Source: Kudoa neothunni (lineage: Eukaryota; Animalia; Cnidaria). Taken from it: 64,000 nt of DNA. Both the position numbers and the translations under genes were made by a program. Shown in pieces: positions 53,107 to 64,000 of this stretch. The notes beneath the pieces are model-generated. The model searched no databases. It was not told the DNA's origin and was given only the letters and a program-made list of their open reading frames with translations. Within the stretch, counting starts at the first letter, position 1. Each line of letters opens with the position of its first letter. The stretch is from the NCBI GenBank assembly GCA_964304625.1, contig OZ199839.1, forward strand, positions 573,970-637,969, in the 5' to 3' direction.

Positions 53107-54911
53107 CACTGGCTATTCTTACGGTAAAGAATAGCTAAGATATAACAAAACTGATGTCACTAATGTGTAAAGCTATTTTCTATTTCCTCATTTATACAAA
53201 ATTTATCAAGCTATTCTTTTATTAAAAATTTCTGATGAGTATTATTTTTTAATCATCTTTAATTTATTCAATTCACTTAAAATTCACCAATTCATAAATA
53301 TACTGACGTGTAAAATATTCCTTAAATGATTAAAATGACATTTCCATGCTTCTAATAAGTTCAGAGGTTTTAATCGTGAAGCACATGCACTATGCGTTCT
53401 AGCCTACGAAAATTGCCTTTTCTAATATGTACGAAACGTCGTTTTCAATGCTGTAAAACTGTTGATTTTAAACGGAATTTTCAAATCTATTTGTTGGATT
53501 TCATTTAAAATTGGCGTGTTTAACGCATAATAAATTTAGAAGATAATGTTTACAGTTTCTATTTCTAGAATTTTGAGAATTGGAAATCATTTTTTATAAA
53601 TTTAATGCTTAAAATTTTAAAATAATGCAATTCCTTAGACCAAGCTTTTGTTGAAATAGCATTCGAAAAGGTTTGTTCTGCATTAACCACATTAATTTAT
53701 AAATAAAAAATACTAATTTACATTGATAACGAAATGGTGAGATTAAAAAGGGGATCCATTTGATATTTTAATAGGATACTAAACAAATTGTTTGTATGTT
53801 ATGAATATTAGCGCTATTTTCAGTAGAGTATAGCGGCAACTTATGCTATCCCCGCCTGGAAGAAAACACAAATCATTCAGGTTGTCATAAGTAATCATGG
53901 TAAGAAAAGAAAATAAGGAATCAATAGTAATATTTCACTCTCTACCAAAATTTTAACATTAGTATATGTTTTTGTGAATCGTGCGTCTAACGGAAATAAC
54001 ACCTAGAGAATATTGCGTAGGGTTTCTCTTGAGGTAAGATTGCTACCAAAGTATTTTGAATTAAAAAATTTACAATTATTTATAATAATTTTTATTCCGG
54101 ATAATGGATATTTAAATAACATTTGAAATTAATTTACTACATACAAGCAATATAAATTTGAATAAACCTTAGTATCTGAAATGCCCAACTACAATCCGTT
54201 CAAAGAATTCTCAAGCGCCAAATATTAGGAGTGGTAAAATCGTGCCTATTTAGGTATTTTATGAAACCAAGATTTCTAACCATCATTGTTTGGTATAAAT
54301 TTTCCATCAAAATTTAATGTATTAGAAGGTAATAGAACAACATTATTAAAAATCCAAAGAACAAATAAAATTATGATGTACCAAAAATTAAAAATATATC
54401 TGTTATTATTCAAGTATAAATTGGTTTAAATATAGCCTCGTGAAATAATAAATACGTATTAGTCATTGGATGATCTGTGAGATGCAGTAGCCGTATACAT
54501 ATTCCAATACATTTTACGAAAGAAATATATAATTTTAAACAGGGTTCAAAAAATTTATAACGTTTTCTTTTATTTAATCGACTATCCAGAACATCGTATC
54601 TGTTAGGTAAGCAGCGGAGAAATCGTGCGCAACTCAAGTTCAACGAGCACGTAGAATATGTAAAAAGCATTTCCACCGCAAAATAAAAACATCATTATGT
54701 ATTATTTTTAAGAATAGGTTTATATGTAGGCGGATTTAAAGAACCAACTACGATATAACGCTCGAACTCATCAATAAATTTTAATAAAAAAATAACTTGA
54801 TAAATTTTGTATAAATGAGGAAATAAAAAATAGCTTTGCACATTAATGAAATCAGTTTTGCAATATCTTAGCTATTCTAGGAGATATTCTTTACCGTAAG
54901 TACAGCCACTG
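53107..54911. mobile_element. Non-autonomous DNA element with ~110-bp TIRs (CA[C/G]TGGCT termini)
   Basis: 53107-~53215 is an imperfect reverse complement of ~54795-54911, with a small insertion in the right arm. The terminal motif resembles that of the 29851-32333 element. Confidence 0.75.
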
Positions 54912-55260
54912 CCAAAAATAAACATAAATTAACTATTCATCATGTCCGATTTTATTCGCTGTAGCTGTTTTTGATTACGGTCCCTATTCTGCGTTTTACC
55001 ACATAGAGTGTCTTTAATAGAATTTATATTTTATTCTTCATTAAGAATTTTGTTTGTCATTATTTCAAATGAGGCTAAATGTACTCAGCGTTCTAATCAC
55101 GAGTTATTCCGGAATAATACTTAATCTTACCGAAGCAGATCGCCGAGGATTAATTATGCAGTAATTGATTGTTTTTTCAATATTACTTGGGCAGAATCTA
55201 CCCATATTTTTCTCATAACTTTATAATAATTTTATAAATACATTTAAAAACAAAAATTCT

Positions 55261-55317
55261 GGGGTCTTTTTCCCTAAAGCCCCTTGGAAGGTGGTTGTTT
55301 TTTCATCTGTTAGAGGG
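55261..55317. mobile_element. Solo piggyBac right-end fragment related to the 33463-37120 element
   Basis: CTTGGAAGGTGGTTGTTTTTTCATCTGTTAGAGGG|TTAA resembles 37088-37124. Confidence 0.55.
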
Positions 55318-58300
55318 TTAAACATCGCCAAAGCAAAGAAATAATGTTCTCGAAATTTAATGTTCAATATTCCAATTCTAAAATACGATTGTAATAACAT
55401 GGAATTATAAAAATCGTAATTAACAAAACCATCGTAAACTATTATTCGTTATTTTTAATTATTTCTTTTAATTTTACTTAATTATAAAAATAAATACAAA
55501 AATATGTGTCATAAGACTTCAACTATAAATTGATTGGAGTTGCTTTCTATAACTATCAAGGTATTTTAGGCCGTTTGTTCTCTATTATTATCGTGGATCT
55601 TCTTGAGAATATGTTCTCAATATCTCCCCATATCTTGAGGAAAATGGAGACGACGTTAGCTGTAACTGCAGTGTTGCTGAAGAAATTGTGTATCATTTAC
55701 AATGGCATTCTTCCACTCAGTAAAACAGTCGATGACGTCAACTTTTTCATCTCATTAAAGCTAATATCTAAGTTATTAGAAAACAACTTACACACTAAGA
55801 ATAATCTAACATAAAAAAACGAGACTTAATCCATTGTATGTATTTCTAGATAAAGGGCGAGAGTTACATAACACTACGTATGTATAGTTCCAAAAAAACA
55901 TATAGACGTCTTACGTAATTAAAATGAGAAAACTTTTATTATATTATCAAGTAGTAAAATTAGTACACGAACAACTAGTGAAACGTCTAAGAACAAACCT
56001 GAATCATTTTCAATCATAATCGGACGAAAAGGAATTTGACACGCTAACTAGAACGCTATCTATCATATGCTTCAGTTCATCGATTCAGTCGACGATAGCT
56101 TATTGAGGTTTCCTTCAATATGATTGAACTTTCATTATCAAATAATAAAGTGTTGTACAAACTAATTATTAGTTATCAAACAAAACTTAGACGTTGTTTA
56201 ATGAAGAAGATGGCATAAACGTTATGTGAGTTACTATTGAATAAAAATCGTCAAATTATAGATTTCCAAAATAATTGATGAAAATTATTACGAGATAAAT
56301 AAATTTTCACAATAAAAATTTCGTTGTGTGTATTATCCTTGTCGCAACAATAATAAAACTGGTACATGCTGCATTTGTTGTGGAGGTTTTTAAGCCGAGT
56401 TCTTTCCTCAAAAAATGTCACAAATATTCAAAATAAATCATTCTATGTATATTAATTAGGCTAAAATTTACTTTAAATAAATTTAATCTGGATTAATTTT
56501 TGTAGATGCGCTGTTTAATCCTTTAATAAAAAAGATATTGAAGTTGACTATTTCTATTCCATCTGCTAAGTTTATTGACGCTGAAACAATAAAACTCCAT
56601 TTCATAGATTTATTAAAATACGATGATCATTATTGCGTACAAGTAGTGAGAAAGTTGGGGGTGCCAGCTTTGGTCTCAAGTGATACGAGATCCGATCAAA
56701 ATTGAAAATAATTTTTGGTAAATTTTGAGTCAGTTACACCTTATCGTATGCAAAGGGGGGTGCGAATCCAGTTTTAGTTGAGAAGCGCTGTTCTAGACAG
56801 TAACCCACATTGTTATAATGGACCTGTCTCTTTCAAGGAGTCAGCCAAGTGTTGCATATAAACATTATTGCACAAAATGTTTAAAACAAAAATCTGTTAG
56901 GATTGGTAGTTTCTTTTAACGAGGTCATCTGAAGGTATAAAAAATTCTAAAGGGCATATTCTTATATTCGCGCAATGTATTCTCATCAAAAACTATAGTC
57001 AAATAGAAATGTTTAATCCGGTATGTTCATTCCAACTATGTTTTAAAAAATTCAAACAAAATCTGAGGAATTAGAGTAGTTACTCGGATAGACTGATCCT
57101 TACTTTGCAGGAGGAATTATAATGTTTGGATGATTTTGTCAAATCAAGATAATTGGATTGTTGGTGGGATCTCGGAACGTGGAAATGTATTTAGGACGAC
57201 CACCGCAGTGTGAAATGAGGAGACATTTACAGGTATTATAATTTGTTCAGTCGGGCGAAGTTCCATTATTTGGTCAGATTGTCTGAATGGATACAGAAGA
57301 CTGGATGAAAATGAATATTTGCATTGTGTTGTAAACTATAGCCAAGAAATTGTGAGTAGATGCGTTGTAAAGACGAATCGTATTGAAGCCACCCTTGAAG
57401 CTCGCAAATGAAAATTATGCTGTATTCGAATTAAGAGACCTCATTTGACGCCTAATTACCTTTTTAAATATATATATATATATTTATTTATTTAAAAAAT
57501 TAACGATTAAATCTTTGCAGAAACCATAAAAGTAGAAAATCATATTCATAAACTTCAATCTCTCTTATGCTGATTTATCTTGGTTTGAATACGAACATTC
57601 ATTCGGATTAAATTGATCTAAAGCAAACTTTAGCCAATTAGTTATAATATATTTTTATAAACTCAAACCTATATTTAACGTTTTAATTTATTGGTAATAA
57701 AATGGAAAAATTAAATTTTTATAAATTAATTTGGGGTGAATTTTGAAGGTATTTGTTAAGATAAAACGTGAGTCTTTTCTCTCCTCGTTCGTAGGTGGAT
57801 TGTCGTTTTACAATAACTTAGATGATTAACAGTGAAATATTTAAATAAATTAAAAATTTATATTTTAATGATATTTGTATTGTTATGTACCATTTTATAC
57901 TATTTCTCAACCAAAAATTTCTATACGTCTTGAAATGTTAATTAAAATGTCATTTATTATCACCTAATTTAAATGAAATAATAATTTTAAAGTTTTTTGA
58001 TTAAACTAATATCTAAAATGTTGTTATAAATAAACAACTTTACATAATTAAGGTTGGATTTAGTCAACATATTATATAAACGATCGCACACTGTGAAAAC
58101 TAATGGTAGAAACTTTAAAAAATAAATGCTAAAACTATAAAAATCAAAAATTAATAATCTATCCATATATTTCACTATTAATATTAAAATTCAACGTGAA
58201 ATAATTATTTATAAATCAGTTAAAGCAACATTTGTGGTATTTGTGGTGGATACATTTTTTGGGACGATTATTAGGTTTGATCGTGTTTATATATGCATTG

Positions 58301-58810
58301 GAACAATGTTTCATATATTTTCATAAGCTTATCAATTTAAAAATGAAAGTGTCATCAACGAAGACAATAAAAGATGCTGCTATAACGAAACAACTAAATA
58401 AAACCATAGTTGTTTACAATTTAAAATTGCGTCAATAACAGAAATAAATAGGTCGATGCATCGACACAGATGACGTAAAAATCCCATCTGTAATTGATTT
58501 ATTATATTTAATTAAAATATTATAACTAATATCTAAAATAAAATATGAAAGTAGTTTTGTTTATGGGTTTTCAGCTGTTTAAAATATTAAAATTCAGTTA
58601 CCACCTTAAAATCGCAATAGCCAAGGATTCAATAGACTACGAAATTATGGTAATATCTGTACAAAATTGAGTACAAAAATTAAAACATATAAAAGAGCAA
58701 ACATCCTTTCCCAACGATATCGACTAATCGGCATCATTGCATAAAACAATCCAATTGTTATTGAAAATAAAGTGGTGTATGTAAAGTGTCATATTTCACT
58801 TACCTGAAAT

Positions 58811-61389
58811 ATGGGCTGTATAAATGGTAATCTAGTTTCTTATATCGTAGTTTATATTTTTATTGGGGTGTGTGGTGTAGAAAAAATGACGTGTATAAAT
58901 ACTGGTGATAAATTCGAAGAGAAATGTGACAAATATGATAGCAATACGTTTGATCATAGAACAGATGTTTTTGAATGGAGTGGAATGATTTTTCGGCGTG
59001 GAAAGCCTTTCATTTTTAAATTCCCTTTAAAGCTCAAGAATTCTTCGGATACGTTGCAACTGGAGATGACTCTCAAAACAACCGGCTATCGCCCTTTGGA
59101 GTACAAAGTGAATAATTCCATTCAAATGTAGAGGTTTATTGTTTCTTACATAATTAGATCTCAACTCGAAATTCAGCTAATCCACCAGGTTGGTCCTTGT
59201 ATATTAAAAAAGACATAGAAGAAGGCTGTTTGTATATACGTCTGACTACTCCTCCCAATGTGCCTATCGGTTCCTACTTTGGATTGATTTATATCAATCG
59301 GGTTTTTCATGGTGAAGTGTTTTTTGTAGTTCTATTCAATCCATGGAACCCCGGTAAATATTACATCTTATTAATTAGCTCTAACTTTTTATTTAAATGT
59401 GTTTGATTCAAGATGACTCAGTTTATTATCCATCTTGTGACAAACTCAAAGAATATGTTCTTTCTACCAAAACAATAATCTACATGGGAACCGAATGTAG
59501 TATCATTAATAAAGAATGGTATCTTGGTCAGGTATTTTCTCAACATAATCAAAATTACATATTATATATTATGCTTAACTATACGCAATAGTTCAAAACA
59601 ACAAGCATTGAAGCATGTGTCTATTTGTTGAACAGAATTGCCAGTTTTCGAAGAGCCAATCCTGTGGATGTTTGTCGAGCTCTGTCAGCACTGGTAATGG
59701 ATATATTAGTTTTAAGTTTATCGCGAATATCGATCTAATAGGTGAACTCCAACGATGACAATGGAGTTGTGATGGGAAATTGGACTGGTGAATACACAGA
59801 CGGCGTCGATCCAAACACATGGATTGGTTCAGCAGAAATTCTACGAAAGTACGTCAAGTCTAAACAGCCGGTCAAATATGGTCAATGTTGGGTTTTCTCT
59901 GGAGTGTTATGTTCTGGTAAAATCTTTCATAATTTCTCTCTATTCCGTTTTTATTTGAATACACCATATTAATCTATATTTAGTTCTTAGATGTATTGGT
60001 CTGCCAACCAGATGTGTCACGAATTATCAATCGTTTCATGATAGCGATGGCTCTATGCAATGGGAAGTTTATTTTGATGAAAATTTCAATTTATTAAATA
60101 TCTCCAAGGAAACTTGTTGGTATATATGACTCTATGAGGTGGCTTGACATCTGAATTTTTAGGAATTATCATTGTTGGAATGAAGTCTGGATGAAAAGGG
60201 ATGACTTGGGAGCTGGTAGATTCAATGGTTGGCAAATTGTCGATGCTACCCCTCAAGAAAGGAGTTCTGGCTTATTTCAACTGGGTCCTGCATCTAGGTA
60301 TGCGGTCAAGAAAGGATTCATTGGAGCACGATTCGATACTGCATTTGTGTTTGCGGAAGTGAGTGCTGATCGTATCTACTACATTCGGCAAAAAAATGGC
60401 AAATTCAAACATTACCTAACACAAAAAGGTGAAGTGGGTATGTTAGTTTCTTTGGTCCAAATTATTCTTCCTATCACACATAACATATATCGGTTTCAGC
60501 TAATCAATGTGAATTAATGAAAATTTCATCATTTTATATTCATTAATCTTATATTATATTCACAATTCTTATTTCTTAGGTAAGCTGGTATGCACCAAAA
60601 AAGTTGGATGTAAAGAGAGAAAAGATTTGACCAGGTTCTACAAAGATGGCATGTACAATGGACAGAGCGGAGCCAATGAAACCACCTCGGTCAACGAACG
60701 TATAGCTAGAGAAACAGTACGCCACAGAACAACCCAACCAATCACCATAGCTATAAATGCAGAATCTGATTACACCCTTGGATCGTCGCTTAAATGTACT
60801 ATCAATGTGTATGGTTTGAAGGAATCGAAGCGAATATACACCAAAGTAAAAATTTATCTGGTTTCCTATCATGGGAAACATGTTGGAGTGATATATAGTA
60901 GACCACATCCGGTGGATTCAACAAGTAATTCACATTCTTAAATTACCTTATAATTCTAAGTTTCATTAAATCTCCAGACAATAGTTTTACTTTGAATGTC
61001 AAAGCCGACGAGATTACAGCAAAAATGACTCCAGCTTGCTCTTACATCAAATGTACTGCCAGTTGTTTGACAAGCGACGATCAATTTGCACACAAGGAAA
61101 TGTTGATCAATGTGTGTGTACCAAAGATAAGCTTTGAAAAAGTACCAGAAGCAGTTTACATAGGTGAGCCAATAAAACTTCGGTTTAAAATTCACAATCC
61201 CCTGACGGTTCCCTTAACTCAAGTCAAAGTTTACATTGAATGTGACGCTATATTTAAGAGGCAAACCTACAAATTCGAGTAATTTAACCCAATGAGAAAT
61301 AAACACCAATCTTATTTAGGAAAATTGAACCTCTCCAAACTTTACGTCACAAAGTGGTTCTTATCATGAGGGTATTATTGATTTGTTGA
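58811..61389 (+). CDS. Transglutaminase (protein-glutamine gamma-glutamyltransferase), multi-exon; 3' end uncertain
   Basis: Exons 58811-58826, 58881-59107, 59158-59353, 59413-59531, 59592-59693, 59742-59916, 59984-60119, 60163-60437, 60580-60924, 60978-61278, 61320-~61371/61389, all with GT-AG introns. Motifs [16 protein letters not shown], catalytic Cys in [11 protein letters not shown], His in WNYHCWNE, Asp in [11 protein letters not shown], and barrel motif [11 protein letters not shown]. Confidence 0.92.
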
Positions 61390-62013
61390 TAAATTGTTGG
61401 ATATTTAATATGAAATAATTAAATCTGTTAAAATTTCCTTCGTTAGTTATATTTAGGCTTTTTTGAGTCTTATAATAAAATTTAAAACGTATAAATTTAT
61501 CAAAAGTAAGTAATTTATGATAATTAATAACAGTTCAATTAAACTCTGAAATTAACATTTTTATCACATAATTTTTTGTTTGAGGGGTAAAAATCAATAT
61601 TATAACAGTTTAAACGTTAAAATTCCCAACAAATAATCATAATCAAATTACAATAAAAAATAAAAATCTTATTTTCGCGTGTGGCATAACCATGCAAAAA
61701 TTGCATAATATCTTTTAAATGCATTGAAAATTTATTCTGTATCTTAATTCTAGAAAATAACTTAATATTATCAATGTGCTTACATCGATCAAATTTTTGT
61801 GCATGCGCACCAATCATGATATCAACTTCTCATTTTCAAACATGTTAATATTCAATAATACTTAAAACTAAAGCTTGTAATATTTTTAAAGCGGATTGAT
61901 TTTTAGTATATTTATTTTTTTTCATGACGTAGACATGATTAACCATAAATTGTGTCAATAATAATTCCTGTAGAACTTTTTTAAATTAGAAAAAAACTTT
62001 TCAAATCTATATA

Positions 62014-62479
62014 CAGTGGGCGACCAGTTGTTCGTACTTTTTTTCTGAGACCTTTCTTACGAATTAACCAGTTTTTCGTAATTACAGGAAAATGAGAAAT
62101 AAAAAAATTATATAATTACAAAAATATACAAGAAATATATTAAATTGTCGTGTATTTTGATTTTTTTGTCGTAGAGGGGTGCCATGACTACTACTGTTCA
62201 CCACTTTAACTTATTCATTATTTCAACGTCGCACGGTATCCTAATTGGAAAAAACGAAATTATTGTTTAATTCGAGATTGGACTCTATTTAAAAATGGAA
62301 AATATTATTAACTATTAAAACCAAAATAACAAAAGTTTCACCAATAATATGAGTTGTTATATTTATTTTATTATAGAATAATATATACGCACATGCGCTA
62401 AAAGTACGAAAAAATCGACAGTTAGTAGTTTCGTATATTTTTCCATCTCCGTGGGGAAAACGCGAGTGACTACCTACTG
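62014..62479. mobile_element. Possible Tigger-type MITE
   Basis: TA|CAGTGGGCGACCAGTT and GAGTGACTACCTACTG|TA form a weak TIR with TA flanks. Confidence 0.4.
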
Positions 62480-64000
62480 TATGAACATTTTTAAACTATG
62501 ATTAATTATATTTTAACGACAATATTGTATAAAATATTTTATGTCCACATTTAAAAATGAATTACATTGTTATAAGGCAAAGACTATTGGAGCGGTATAA
62601 TTTAATCTCAACAACTCCTATTTATTAGATTTTTACAGATTTAATGATTTCTAGTCGACCATTTTGCGTTTAGGATCAGAAATAATTATAATCAAAACTA
62701 GTGTCACCTGAATATTATTTAGCTGTGCCAATAGCCACTTTCCTGTTTAAGATAGTACAAATTTAGATTTTTTTAATACTTATTCTAATATTATAATTTA
62801 TTAAAATTAAAATTATTCGTTTTCAAACAGATAAAAATCATAATAACACTTTCAAATTATTTAAAATATAGCACCATAGAGGTGAAACATTATTTTTTGT
62901 TAGTTTAAAATTTAAATGAACGTTGGGTACAAAAATTTCTAATAAATTATGTTGATAAATGGTAACAGTAATCGGTTTTCTTTGATTTCATATGGAGATC
63001 TGGCAAGAGTAGTATTGAACCTATTTATTTAATACACTAATCAAACTATTGAATTACATATATATTTTTAAAAATTTGAATACATTATAATAATTAGAGA
63101 CAATGTTATTTACATTAAAAATTAGCTGTACTCAAAATTAATCAATGTGAATTTTTGCGATGAATCATTGAAAGCGCGTCAATAATGATTTATAATGTTA
63201 AATAATGAAACAAATGTCATTGAAATAAAAAAATAAAAATTTTAATTTTCAGCTTTTCAAGATTAGATAAATGCATCCAAAATCCTTCTCGATTATTTTA
63301 ATTACAAAAATGCTTAGTTTTTTGGAATCCCATTCAAAATTAATTACCTTTATTTGTTAATTATGACCTTTTATAGAAGAAAATTAATAAGCGCGATTTT
63401 ATCTTCCAATATATAGATAAATATATAGATAAATAATGACTCAATATAAGTTATGGATATGAATTTCAAATATATTGATATAATTTTAAAAAATCTATAA
63501 TATTCACGTAGATAACAAATTAATATGTTGATTTCATATAGTTAGCAGGATACAAAACTATTTTCGCAAATATCAAGTGCCGCGAATTCTCATCATTAAG
63601 CAGTTCTACCGAAATAGTTGTCATACGAAAATACACAGAGCGATTGAGCCGTTCAATTGAATAACACCGCATCAAACAACGAAAAAAAGTCGCCGAAAGA
63701 AAATATATAAAATTAGAGATGAAAAAATAGACAAAAATTATTTAATTTTGTATGGTTGTGTTTGTTTTTTTGATATGACATCAGTTTTTGGGCAACATAT
63801 ATAGTTGTCAATGACGAATCTCCTTGCCTTTTCCAGTTGGTGTTTATATCGATTCTGACGAAGTATGATTTCGTCACGAACATGTCTACTCTCCAACCGA
63901 ATATCGCGAATTCTTTTGCGTATTTTCCAATCGAGGACACGCTGTCCTTGTTTTTGTCTATACAGGCGATACAGTGTCCAAAAAAGATCGCTAGGAGTGT

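Noticed and set aside
55480-56790. Possible hAT remnants (FTEWKNAI on the minus strand; Charlie-like end at 56790)
   Set aside because: No matching partner end or TSD could be established, and the fragments are too decayed to delimit.
8626-61389. A functional secretory-pathway gene cluster (surface protein, glycosyltransferases, BiP, transglutaminase)
   Set aside because: The genes are on mixed strands, separated by TE-rich spacers and interrupted by ATM. I saw no shared regulatory motif, so co-location is probably coincidental.
63713-64000. Minus-strand ORF open to the window edge with a WRVD motif (COMM-domain-like)
   Set aside because: Too short and truncated, with no further supporting motifs, so it cannot be called.

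Overview
Very AT-rich eukaryotic genomic DNA. It is probably a compact-intron animal parasite such as a myxozoan; this is an inference from the 25-60 nt spliceosomal introns and the animal-type transglutaminase, beta4GalT and DNA transposons. Host genes: (1) a 13-exon, ~1088-aa type I surface protein built from 8 exon-encoded beta-sandwich-like repeats (8626-15952, +); (2) ATM kinase (28004-19339, -), split into three overlapping ORFs that each need a +1 frame change; (3) two tandem GT7 beta-1,4-Gal/GalNAc transferase paralogs (-); (4) an intronless BiP/HSPA5 with an upstream UPRE; (5) a multi-exon transglutaminase (+). Intergenic DNA is full of decayed DNA transposons (Tigger/pogo, Merlin, hAT, a TTAA-flanked piggyBac, MITEs) plus one tRNA-derived SINE. 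The most striking observation is that both internal ATM stop codons lie in the identical 11-nt context A-TGA-TTT-CAG-T. This suggests a programmed +1 recoding signal used twice in one mRNA, although micro-introns or assembly indels are not excluded. Second, the two glycosyltransferase paralogs differ at the Tyr/Leu residue known to switch donor specificity between Gal and GalNAc.
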